Both the position numbers and the translations under genes were made by a program. This document shows, piece after piece, positions 1 to 9,501 of a DNA stretch of 64,000 nucleotides. A model generated the notes under the pieces. It was not told where the DNA came from. It did no database searches and saw only the letters and a program-made list of their open reading frames with translations. Origin of the DNA: an uncultured delta proteobacterium (GTDB lineage: Bacteria > Desulfobacterota > Binatia > UBA9968); the NCBI GenBank assembly GCA_963804165.1, contig CAWDPO010000024.1, positions 96,001 through 160,000 on the forward strand, written 5' to 3'. Each line of letters begins with the position of its first letter. The stretch's first letter is position 1.

Positions 1-568
1 TTTGAAAAAGGGCGACACCGCGCTCGTTCATGCGGCGGCGGGAGGGGTCGGATTGCTCCTGGTCCAGGCCGCCAAAATGCTCGGCGCCAGAGTGATCGGC
101 ACCGTATCCAATGAAACGAAAGCAGAGCTGGCACGGCAAGCGGGCGCTGATGAGATTATTTTATACACCCAGTCGGATTTCCTTGCGGAAGTGAAAACAT
201 TGACCGAGGGTCGGGGCGTCAACGTCGTCTATGATTCTGTGGGCGCCACAACATTCGACAAGAGCCTCGATTGTCTCAAGCCGCGCGGTTACCTCGTACT
301 CTTCGGCCAGTCCAGCGGACCGGTGGCGTCATTTGATCCGGGGAAATTGGCGGCAAAGGGTTCACTCTTTCTCACCCGTCCGAGTTTGGCGCACTATACG
401 CTCGATCGCGCGGAGCTGTTGCAGCGGGCCGGCGAGTTACTTGGCTGGATTCAATCGGGCAAACTCAAGCCGCGCATCGAGAAGGTCGTTCCGATGAAAG
501 ACGCTGCTGAGGCGCAGCGCCAGCTCGAGGGACGCAAAACGACAGGGAAGATTGTTCTCATTCCTTAG
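1..568 (+). CDS. qor: NADPH:quinone oxidoreductase (zeta-crystallin/MDR family), 5'-truncated by the window edge
   Basis: LVHAAAGGVG nucleotide-binding motif, VVYDSVG, FGQSSG, KGSLFLTRPSL and C-terminal RKTTGKIVL are typical of Qor. Confidence 0.9.
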   Translation, partial: LKKGDTALVHAAAGGVGLLLVQAAKMLGARVIGTVSNETKAELARQAGADEIILYTQSDFLAEVKTLTEGRGVNVVYDSVGATTFDKSLDCLKPRGYLVLFGQSSGPVASFDPGKLAAKGSLFLTRPSLAHYTLDRAELLQRAGELLGWIQSGKLKPRIEKVVPMKDAAEAQRQLEGRKTTGKIVLIP

Positions 569-1124
569 CGGGAGGGTTTTGTCCGGCGCGGGGCGGGCGC
601 GCCGCGCGCGACTCGAGCGAATCGGCGAATTTCTTCCGCTGCTCCGCTGTGAGGACCGCTTTGGCCTGTTCGATGACCTTGACCCGGGCGATACGCAAGT
701 CGGCGCGCAATTTTTCCGCCTCGCGAATCTTCGCTTCAACTTTTCCGACATCGACCGTTGGACTATCGAGTAAAGTCGCAATATCGAGCTCGACGATGCG
801 CGCGTCGGCTTCGTTGCGAATGCTCTGGCGCTGAAAGCTGTCGCGCAGTTGCTCGAGTTTTTTTACTTGATCGGGCGACAGGCCGAGATAATCCTTGTAG
901 CGGAGCATTTGCGTAATTGCGGGCCGGTCTTCTGATGATTCCCGGCTGCCGAAGCGCTCCTTCAATCGACCGCCCCAATCCTGCAGAGCTTGTTGAAGAC
1001 GATCCCACGCCTCGCTAAGTTCCTCCGGAACGGATTGCCGGAATTTTTCCGCTTCGGCGCCGATCGCCGGCGTAGCGAAGCTGAGACAGCACGCCAGAAA
1101 ACCTCCGACGATGAGTCGTCTCAT
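558..1124 (-). CDS. Spy/CpxP-family periplasmic protein (LTXXQ motifs)
   Basis: Signal peptide (MRRLIVGGFLACCLSFATPAIGA), helical body with LGLSPDQVKKL and VLTAEQRKK motifs; 3' end overlaps the qor stop. Confidence 0.75.
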   Translation of the reverse strand: MRRLIVGGFLACCLSFATPAIGAEAEKFRQSVPEELSEAWDRLQQALQDWGGRLKERFGSRESSEDRPAITQMLRYKDYLGLSPDQVKKLEQLRDSFQRQSIRNEADARIVELDIATLLDSPTVDVGKVEAKIREAEKLRADLRIARVKVIEQAKAVLTAEQRKKFADSLESRAARPPRAGQNPPAKE

Positions 1125-1230
1125 GGATAAATTCTCTCGGTCGTCGCGCGCGATCGAGTCGTGACCGCCACGAACAAGAACTCGGCCCCGCCGTAGTGGC
1201 GGACTTGCCTCGCACGACTTGATTGGAAGA

Positions 1231-2064
1231 CTACGGCCACTCCGCCACGCCGAGATCAGGCAGGTTGATAATATCCGCGTTTACGTCTTTGACGCCCGGA
1301 ATCTGCCTGATCTTCGACACCACCGCTTGCTCAGACATCCAGCTGGGGACGGACCCGGAGACCGCGACCATGCCAGCCGATGCTTTAACGTCGAGCCGCG
1401 TCCGTGGCATATCCGCCGACATCGCCAACACAGCCTTTACCCGCGACGCCAACGCAAAATCCTCGAACGCCTGTTTCGACGCCGGACTCATCTGGTAATC
1501 CGGCAAGCTCACCGCCTCGCAGATCAGATGCTTGGCCGCACCGACGCTCATTCGTCCCAGATTGACCACCAGATCGAACCTGCTCGGATCGCGCCAATCG
1601 ACGCCGAACATCGCCATGAGCCGGCGACTGCGAGCCTTGTCGGTCTCTTCGATAAAGCGTCGCGCGGCCGCTTCACCGAGTCCCTGGCGGGTTTTGACTT
1701 GTTCGATGCGCTTTTCCATCGGCGCGGTCAACAAGACTTTAAGCACATGGGTAAAACCGGGCAGCAGCTCATGCCCCAGATGTCCGTGGTAGACGAGATG
1801 GCTCTGCCCTTCGGTGACGGCGATTTGACAGAAAGCGGCTTGCAGGGCGATCCGGTAAGGCTGCAAATTTTCCATGAACCGGTCCCACCAGTTCGATCCT
1901 TTTTCGACGATGTCGTTCAGCTTGGCTTCAGGGATGTTGTAGCGAAGACTTGCCTCGACCAGCACTTCGCGGCTAATAGAGCTACAGCCTAAAGATTGCG
2001 CTACCGCGTCGGCCAACTCTTCGCCGCTGCCTGAAGCGCCTTGATAAATGGTAATGATCGCCAT
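1231..2064 (-). CDS. Cytidylate kinase-like family protein with C-terminal BON domain
   Basis: MAIITIYQGASGSG start after an AGGAGG RBS; LVYHGHLG, LKVLLTAP..RI, D..R and FDLVVN motifs of the CMK-like family; C-terminal LDVKASAGMVAVSG...IPGVKDV is BON-like. Confidence 0.8.
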   Translation of the reverse strand: MAIITIYQGASGSGEELADAVAQSLGCSSISREVLVEASLRYNIPEAKLNDIVEKGSNWWDRFMENLQPYRIALQAAFCQIAVTEGQSHLVYHGHLGHELLPGFTHVLKVLLTAPMEKRIEQVKTRQGLGEAAARRFIEETDKARSRRLMAMFGVDWRDPSRFDLVVNLGRMSVGAAKHLICEAVSLPDYQMSPASKQAFEDFALASRVKAVLAMSADMPRTRLDVKASAGMVAVSGSVPSWMSEQAVVSKIRQIPGVKDVNADIINLPDLGVAEWP

Positions 2065-2134
2065 GATCCTCGACCTCCTGTCGGCTAACGCGCGGTCATT
2101 CTTCGTAACGCGCACGGGAACACAACCGAACTTG

Positions 2135-2665
2135 CTAAGGGCTCACTTGCAAATCCGCGTGATGGCGCCAAAAATAGGCCGCCATCGCCGCGGCCGCCAA
2201 AAGATTGCCAACCAGCACCGACAGCCACGCGATCGCGTGCAGAATCGATTGCGCGAAAATCAGCGCTGCGCCGACGAAGCCGAACTCAAAGATGACGAAG
2301 AGGAGCAAAATGCCAAAACCCGCGTTGACATCGCGCTCGGCAATCGCCAGCAGCTTGGCAGCGATGCCGCCGATCACGCAGAAAACCAATCCATGAACCC
2401 AGGTGTAGACAAGTACCATCTCGAACGAAATGGCGAGCGTCTGCGGTTGATCGAGGCCGGCGCCGTGGCGGAAGAGCGCCGTTCCCAGCACGTTCGGCGT
2501 GTAGAAAAACGGATGTCCGCTAATCAAATCGACAAGAAAAAACCAAATTGCGATCGTCGCCGCGCCCAGGACGCCGGCTTCGATGCCTTGTCGATAGGAG
2601 TCAGAGATTGCCGCTGTGGGTGAAAGAACGTCAGTAGGGTTTGAAGTGCCAGATGGGACTGCCAT
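2135..2665 (-). CDS. Hypothetical integral membrane protein (about 4 TM helices)
   Basis: GAGGAGG RBS before ATG; several hydrophobic segments; first gene of a minus-strand run. Confidence 0.7.
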   Translation of the reverse strand: MAVPSGTSNPTDVLSPTAAISDSYRQGIEAGVLGAATIAIWFFLVDLISGHPFFYTPNVLGTALFRHGAGLDQPQTLAISFEMVLVYTWVHGLVFCVIGGIAAKLLAIAERDVNAGFGILLLFVIFEFGFVGAALIFAQSILHAIAWLSVLVGNLLAAAAMAAYFWRHHADLQVSP

Positions 2666-2742
2666 GGAAGATCCTCCTCGGCCGACCGACGGCCTGGGTT
2701 ACTCCACAACCGTTTCGTGCGCCTTCGCCGCTACCGGGGTCA

Positions 2743-2771
2743 ACGCTAGCACCCGCACTCCTTCTGGTCAA
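2743..2771 (-). promoter_or_regulatory. Candidate sigma70-type promoter for the 2665->558 operon
   Basis: Minus strand TTGACC-17 nt-TAGCGT with extended -10 TG, about 80 bp upstream of ATG 2665. Confidence 0.4.
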
Positions 2772-2940
2772 TGATTTCTTCTGCCGTCGCCTCAAGGGAA
2801 ATCTCTAACGGAGCCCGCGTACGAGAGGTCGTGTCTGCAGTGAATTCCGGGTGAGAATTGCGGCACCCGTCACGCTTTGCACGACGGGTGGATTGCGGCG
2901 CTCGTTCGTGGTTTAATCGTCGCGGTGATTAAGCCTCATC

Positions 2941-4122
2941 ATGTTCACGCCATTTTTCAACATCGGTCTTGCTGACGTAGCCGACATCTTGGTCGTTGCG
3001 GTGCTTCTCTACACCTCAACGGCTTGGCTCAAAGAGACTCGAGCTGCTTTCATCATTAGAGGCATTTTCATTATCGCGGCGATTTATATTATCGCCCGGT
3101 ATTTCGATCTGCAGTTGACAGCATGGTTATTTCAAGGTTTCTTCGCGATCTTCTTGATCATTATCGTAGTCATTTTTCAGGAAGAGCTGAGACAAATTTT
3201 CGAGCGGATCGCGGTTTGGAGCCTGGCGTCGAAAACCATCCGGCCGCTGCGTTCCGACGCCGTCGATATTCTGGTTGGAACTCTCGCCGATCTGGCCAAG
3301 GATAAAATCGGCGCGCTGATCGTGCTCGAAGGCAAAGATCCCATCGCGCGCCACATCATGGGCGGAATCGAATTGGAAGGGAAACTCAGCGAGCCTCTAC
3401 TGAAAAGCATTTTCGATCCTCACTCGCCTGGACATGATGGCGCGGTCATTATCGGTAACGAGCGTATTATCCGGTTTGCCGCGCATCTGCCGCTTTCCAA
3501 CGATTTCCGACAACTCGCCAACGTCGGCACACGGCACAGCGCCGCCCTCGGACTCGCCGAGCTGAGCGACGCGCTGTGCATCGCGGTTTCCGAGGAAAAA
3601 GGCACAATTTCGCTGGCCCGGGACGGTCGGCTTCGTCAACTCGACAACGTCCAAGAAGTCGGTTTATTGCTGCGACGATTTCTCCAGGAAAAGTATCCGT
3701 TGCCGGGCCAAAGTAAGATTTCGATGTCTCTGATCAGAGAGAACTGGCTGGCCAAACTAGTGACATTCTCGCTGGCCGCGGGTCTCTGGTATGTTCTGGT
3801 GCCCGGGTCCAGCACCGTTGAAGTCACCTACAAATTGCCCGTGCAAGTGCAAAACCTCCCCCCCGAGTATCACGTGGATGAAGTGCAGCCGCCCGAGGTC
3901 TCCGCGACCTTCATCGGTCCGAAGCGCGCGTTTTACTTCTTCGATCCGACAAAACTCAAAGTCACTGTGGATGTCTCCTCAGTGGAAACGGGCCATAAAA
4001 CTTTGCGGCTTTCCGAACAAAACGTTCAACACCCCCAAGATCTGACGCTGCAGCAGCTCAATCCCACCACGCTCAGAATCTCCGTGCGTAAAGTATCCCG
4101 AGAGCAAGCAGACAAAGGTTAA
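2941..4122 (+). CDS. cdaA: Diadenylate cyclase CdaA (3 TM + DAC domain) fused to a TM + YbbR domain
   Basis: N-terminal TM helices, VIFQEELR, GALIV, SPGHDGAV (DGA motif), GTRHSAALG, VSEEKG; C-terminal TM followed by YbbR-like LPVQVQNLP..VSATFIGP. Confidence 0.88.
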   Translation: MFTPFFNIGLADVADILVVAVLLYTSTAWLKETRAAFIIRGIFIIAAIYIIARYFDLQLTAWLFQGFFAIFLIIIVVIFQEELRQIFERIAVWSLASKTIRPLRSDAVDILVGTLADLAKDKIGALIVLEGKDPIARHIMGGIELEGKLSEPLLKSIFDPHSPGHDGAVIIGNERIIRFAAHLPLSNDFRQLANVGTRHSAALGLAELSDALCIAVSEEKGTISLARDGRLRQLDNVQEVGLLLRRFLQEKYPLPGQSKISMSLIRENWLAKLVTFSLAAGLWYVLVPGSSTVEVTYKLPVQVQNLPPEYHVDEVQPPEVSATFIGPKRAFYFFDPTKLKVTVDVSSVETGHKTLRLSEQNVQHPQDLTLQQLNPTTLRISVRKVSREQADKG

Positions 4123-4135
4123 GCCGCGGCGGTAA

Positions 4136-7100
4136 TTAATCCGCAGGGCGCAAAATATCGAATATGCCGCGAATGGGCACGCTGATCCAATCGGGACGAT
4201 TATTCAGCTCGTAGTGCAATTCGTATACGCTCTTGTACAGCAGGTACAGATCCAGCAAGCTCTTTAGTTCTTCATTCGACCCCGGCAGAAACCCTTTGCT
4301 GCGGCTGGACTCCAGGTAGCTTTGGAGAAAAACCACGGAGACCCAAAAGCTCCAGCTTTTGGACAACAACTGAGACCGGGAAAGGTCTTCCGGGCGTATA
4401 TCGCCGCTTTTTAAAAATGACAGAGCCGCGTAATCGAACGAGCGCAGCATGCCCGCGACATCGCTCAGAGGCGATCGTTTACTGCGGCGTTCGCTGAGGG
4501 GCTGTGCCGGCTCTCCCTCGAAATCGGTAATGACAAAATCCTTACCGGTATAGAGCACCTGGCCCAGGTGATAATCCCCATGACAGCGAATGCGCAACGC
4601 CGTGATCTTTTGATCGACGACAAAACGGAACCGGCCCAAGATATCGCTCTTGAGCGCTAAAATGCTCTCCGCTTCGCCGCGCACGTCTTCGGGCAAGGTC
4701 TTGAGTCGATCGCGCAAAAGAGCAAGAGCCCGGTCCGCGAGCGTGCGCATACTTTGGTAGGCGGAGCGGCGATAAAAAGGAGTAAAGGGCTCGGGGATAA
4801 AGTCGGGGTCATTGACGTCCGCGGCCAGCGCCACGTGAAACTCTCCCGTTCGCTGGCCCAGGAGTCGCACCGACTCCAGGTAGGTTCCGATCACATCTCG
4901 CACCGCGTGCGGCAATTCCCGATTGATGAAATCCAACGGATGTCCCGCGGGACGGGACAAATCCGCCGGAATCTCCGTGGTGGCAAAACAATTCTCGAAG
5001 AAGTCGCCAAGGTGGTCCAGCGTGTAGCGCCAAGCATCGCCCTCGTTTCTGATCCAGTTTTGTAGAATACCGAGGGTGGCGCTGCGGTTGTTCCCCTGCT
5101 GCAATTGAAAGCTACCGGCCAGCTGGGGAATATGTTCGAAGGAAGTTTTTTCGGTGAGAAAGCGACCGATCTCCAGGTCGGGATTCACGCCGTCCTGCCA
5201 ACGACGAAACATTTTAAGGATGAAACGGTCGCCGTAGACGATCGAGGTATTGCTCTGTTCCCTCTTCGAAGGGGCCGGTTCCAGTAACGCGTTGGTGTCG
5301 CCCCTGAGATGGCGAAAGAGTTTCGACGGTGCGGCGACAATTTCGCTTGAATTTCCTTTAAAGCTGCGTCGCCGTGAAATCGCGTCGAGCAAAACTTTGA
5401 GGAACGCGCGGTCGTAGAGCGCGTCGACGAGGATGCCTTCGGCGACCTCGCCGTCGCTCTTCGCTTTAAGCCGTGTGATCAGCGCCTGCGGAAATGACTG
5501 CTGCAGTTCCGCCGCGCGTTCGCCCATAACAAACGCGAGCGGCAAAAAATAACTCTCGGGTTCGCCATCTGCGTAGTTAACCACCACCGCGGCAAAAAGA
5601 GCTTTAGTCGAGTCGAACGGGATAGGCACCGCTTCGGCAAAGCTGATCGATCGAATCCTCCGTGCCTTACCGCCAAACCACCGGCAGTTTTTCAGATAAC
5701 CGGGAAGAATTTTTTCCAGTGCCGATTTGGCGCCGGGCGCAAGGATCCGGTCCCACGTACCGGTGACCTCCAGCGAAGCCAGCGATACTTCATCCGCCGC
5801 CCGCGGCGCCGCCGGGTGCGCGGTCTCAATTTTGAACCAATAGAAAGCGTGCGGCCCAAGTGTGATGAAGTAAGGCAGATCGCCCGATCGGTGGGAATTC
5901 GGTCTGGCCGAAGAGTTCCACCGGTACGCTCCCTTTGAATTCCGAGAGATCGATTTCCGCGCACTGAACAAAGCGCGACAAGTTGGCCACCGTGAGGATG
6001 ATTTCGTCCTGCAAGCGCCGGATAAAAACCAAAACGCGGCGGTTTTCGGGAAAGAGAAACTCGAGTCGTGCCGCGGCTGAAAGCGTGAAACCGTTTGCGC
6101 AGCACGATCAGCCGTTTCATCCACCACAGCGGTGAGCTCAGATTCTGCTGCTGCGCCTCGACGTTGATCGCCTCGTAGTGGTGTTCCGGGTCGACAATGA
6201 TCGGCAGATAAAGCCGCTGCGGGTTGGCTCGGGAAAAACCCGCGTTGCGGTCTGCGCTCCACTGCATCGGCGTGCGCACGCCGTTGCGGTCGCCCAGGTA
6301 GAAATTGTCGCCCATGCCGATCTCATCGCCGTAATAGATCACCGGCGTGCCGGGCAATGAAAAGAGCAACGCATTGAGCAACTCGATTTTCCTGCGGTTG
6401 TTGCCCAACAGCGGCGTCAAGCGGCGGCGAATGCCGAGATTGAGTCGCGCCTTGGGATCGGTAGCGTAGACTTTGTACATGTAGTCGCGATCCTCATCGG
6501 TCACCATTTCCAGCGTCAGCTCGTCGTGGTTGCGCAAAAACAAGGTCCACTGGCTGTTGGCCGGGAATCTCCGGAGTTTGGTTGAGAATATCGACGATCG
6601 GAAATCGGTCTTCCATGTGCACGGACATAAAAATGCGCGGCATCACCGGGAAAGTGAAACGCCATGTGGCATTCATCGCCGGCGCCGAAATAGGTGACCG
6701 CCTCTTCCGGCCACTGGTTGGCTTCGGCAAGCAGCATGCGATTGCGATATTTCTCATCGACGTGGCGGCGCAGCTCTTTTAAGAACTGATGGGTTTCCGG
6801 CAGATTTTCGCAATTGGTTCCTTCGCGCTCGAAAAGATAAGGAACCGCGTCCAAGCGCAACCCGTCGACGCCCATCTCCAGCCAAAAATCCACCGTTTCG
6901 AACATGGCGTGTTTGACCACCGGATTGGCAAAATTCAAATCCGGCTGATGGGAATAAAAGCGATGCCAGTAATAAGCCTTGGCCACCGGGTCCCATGCCC
7001 AGTTGGAAGTCTCAAAGTCTTTAAAGATGATGCGCGCCTCTTTGTATTGCTCCTGGTTTTCGCTCCAGACGTAGTAATTGCGCTCCTTGCTGCCGGGCGC

Positions 7101-7493
7101 CGCCCGCCGCGCTCGTTGAAACCACGGGTGTTGATCCGATGTGTGATTGAGCACGAGCTCGGTAATTACGCGCAGGCCGCGCCGGTGCGCCTCGGTAAGG
7201 AAAGTTTTAAAGTCCTTCAGCGTGCCGTAGTCGGGGTGGATTTCGGTATAGCTGGCGATGTCATAACCGTCGTCTTTCAACGGCGAGGGATAGAACGGCA
7301 AAAGCCAAAGCGCCGTGACGCCCAGATCGTAAAGATAATCCAATTTCTCGGTGAGCCCTTGAAAGTCGCCGATGCCGTCGGCATTGCCGTCGGAAAACGC
7401 CCGGACATGGAGCTCATAAATGACCGCGTTCTTATACCAAAGCGGGTCGTCGTCGAGAGCGAAGTCTTGCGTGGTTTTTCTTGCGCGCCTCAT
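4136..7493 (-). CDS. treS: Trehalose synthase/maltokinase fusion (TreS-Mak/Pep2), split by about 4 frameshifts
   Basis: [55 protein letters not shown]; kinase part [33 protein letters not shown]; frame changes near 6650, 6565, 6060 and 5885. Confidence 0.93.
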
Positions 7494-7497
7494 GATG

Positions 7498-9501
7498 TCA
7501 CATGAAATAGTCGAAATCCTGCTCGCGCCGCACGCGCCGGCGCAGCCGCAAGATGTGGGCCGGCGCCATATTCGGATCGAGCGCGACGTAATTTTTTTCG
7601 CCATGCCAAAGAAAACGCGCGCCGCTCAAAAGATCGTGCGCCTGATACGAGGCATCGAGCCGCAGCGCTTCCACCGGGATTTTGACCCACCCCGACTGCA
7701 CATGGTGCGGATCCAGATTCACCACGACGGCGACCACGTTGCCGAGATCCTCCGTCTGCTTTGTGTAGCAGATGATCTGCTCGTTATCGACCTCGTGGAA
7801 CTGTAGGCTCCAATCGCTCTGCAGCGCGGGATTCTCCCTGCGAATCCCGTTGATCCGCGCGATAAATTCTTTCAGACTGTCCGCACTTTCGCGGTCCCAA
7901 TGTTTAATCTCATATTTTTCCGAATCGAAATACTCTTCGCTGCCGGGCTCGCGTGGACGCGCTTCGAAAAGTTCGAACGCCGGTCCGTAAATCCCGTAGC
8001 TGGCTCCCAGTGTCGCCGCCAGAACCAGGCGGATCATGAAGGCTGGGCGGCCGCCGAATTGCAAATACTCGGTCAAAATATCCGGCGTGTTCGGCCACAG
8101 GTTGGGGCGAAAGTACTCGCGCACTTCGGTTTGCGCGAGCTCCTGAAAATACTGCGTGATCTCGGGCTTGGTGTTCCGCCAGGCAAAGTAGCTATAGGAT
8201 TGGCTGAAGCCGAGCTTGGCCAGCCGGTACATCACCTTGGGACGGGTGAACGCTTCGGCAAGAAAAATCACCTCCGGGTGATCCTTTTTCATTTCGCCGA
8301 TCAGCCATTCCCAAAACGGCAGCGGCTTGGTGTGCGGGTTATCGACCCGAAAAATGCGGATTCCCTGTTCGCGCCAAAATTCAACGACGCTTTTTAGTTC
8401 CTGCCAGAGCTCACGCCATTGATCCGAGGTGAAATCCAGGGGGTAGATATCTTGATATTTTTTCGGCGGGTTTTCGGCGTACTGAACGGTACCATCCGGA
8501 CGCCAGCGAAACCACTGTGGATGTTCTTTGACATAGGGATGATCGGGGCTGCACTGATAGGCCAGATCCAAAGCGACTTCGAGGCCAAGAGTCTCGGCTT
8601 TTCGGACGAATCTTTTGAAATCTTCGAGAGTCCCGAGACGCGGATGAACGGACTTGTGGCCACCCTCGTCGGAACCGATCGCCCAGGGGCTGCCCGGGTC
8701 ATTTGCCGTGGCCGTCACCGAATTGTTTTTCCCCTTGCGGTGGGTGTACCCGATCGGATGAATCGGCGGCAGATACAGAATGTCAAAGCCCATCGAGGCG
8801 ACATAGGAAAGCAGCCGCTCGCCGTCCTTAAAAGTCCCGTGCGCGCCGGACTCGGCCGCGCACGACCGCGGAAACATCTCATACCAAGCGCCGCAGCGCG
8901 CTTTCTCGCGGTCGACCACCACGGCGAGTTCCTTGGAATATCGGGTTTCGGCATTTCGATCGGGATAGCGTCCGACCAATCCCAGCAAATCATCGCTGAT
9001 CGCCGTGGCGAGCTTGTCTGATAAAGTTTGGTCGTCGGCGCGCAGGCTTTTTGCCTCCTGCGCGAGTTTTTTTTGATCGGCGGCGGCAGCTCGCTTTGCC
9101 GCTTCTTCGATCCACAGAGCACCGGTCAGAAAGTCCAATTCCGTGTGCGCGCCGACCTCGGCTTTCTTCTGCAAATCGCGTCGCCAGGACTTAAACTGAT
9201 CGACCCATGCGGCAAGCGTATAAACGTAACGGCCGATCTCGGCAGCGACAAACACGCCGCGCCAACGATCGTTCACGAGCAATTTCATCGGCGCTTCGCG
9301 CCAATTTTTTTCCTCTTCGCGCCGGAACAGCAGGCTGCAGGAAATGACCTCGTGGCCGTCGGCGAACATGTCGGCTTCTACCGTCACTGACTCGCCGCAG
9401 GTACGCTTGACCGGAAACAGACCGGCGTCAATTTCCGGCGTGACGTTTTCGATGACAACCCGGCTTCTGCCGTCCCGCGCTGGGTTAAACGATGGCTGCA
9501 T
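7498..9501 (-). CDS. glgE: Alpha-1,4-glucan:maltose-1-phosphate maltosyltransferase
   Basis: [62 protein letters not shown]; ATG at 9501 overlaps the treY stop. Confidence 0.95.
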   Translation of the reverse strand: MQPSFNPARDGRSRVVIENVTPEIDAGLFPVKRTCGESVTVEADMFADGHEVISCSLLFRREEEKNWREAPMKLLVNDRWRGVFVAAEIGRYVYTLAAWVDQFKSWRRDLQKKAEVGAHTELDFLTGALWIEEAAKRAAAADQKKLAQEAKSLRADDQTLSDKLATAISDDLLGLVGRYPDRNAETRYSKELAVVVDREKARCGAWYEMFPRSCAAESGAHGTFKDGERLLSYVASMGFDILYLPPIHPIGYTHRKGKNNSVTATANDPGSPWAIGSDEGGHKSVHPRLGTLEDFKRFVRKAETLGLEVALDLAYQCSPDHPYVKEHPQWFRWRPDGTVQYAENPPKKYQDIYPLDFTSDQWRELWQELKSVVEFWREQGIRIFRVDNPHTKPLPFWEWLIGEMKKDHPEVIFLAEAFTRPKVMYRLAKLGFSQSYSYFAWRNTKPEITQYFQELAQTEVREYFRPNLWPNTPDILTEYLQFGGRPAFMIRLVLAATLGASYGIYGPAFELFEARPREPGSEEYFDSEKYEIKHWDRESADSLKEFIARINGIRRENPALQSDWSLQFHEVDNEQIICYTKQTEDLGNVVAVVVNLDPHHVQSGWVKIPVEALRLDASYQAHDLLSGARFLWHGEKNYVALDPNMAPAHILRLRRRVRREQDFDYFM

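Noticed and set aside
1219-2623. Plus-strand ORFs of 257 and 191 aa
   Set aside because: Antisense to minus-strand genes that have clear RBSs and protein-like features.
2780-2940. Possible c-di-AMP (ydaO) riboswitch upstream of cdaA; hairpin CACCCGTC...GACGGGTG at 2865-2890
   Set aside because: I could not find the conserved ydaO sequence blocks; only a simple inverted repeat is visible.
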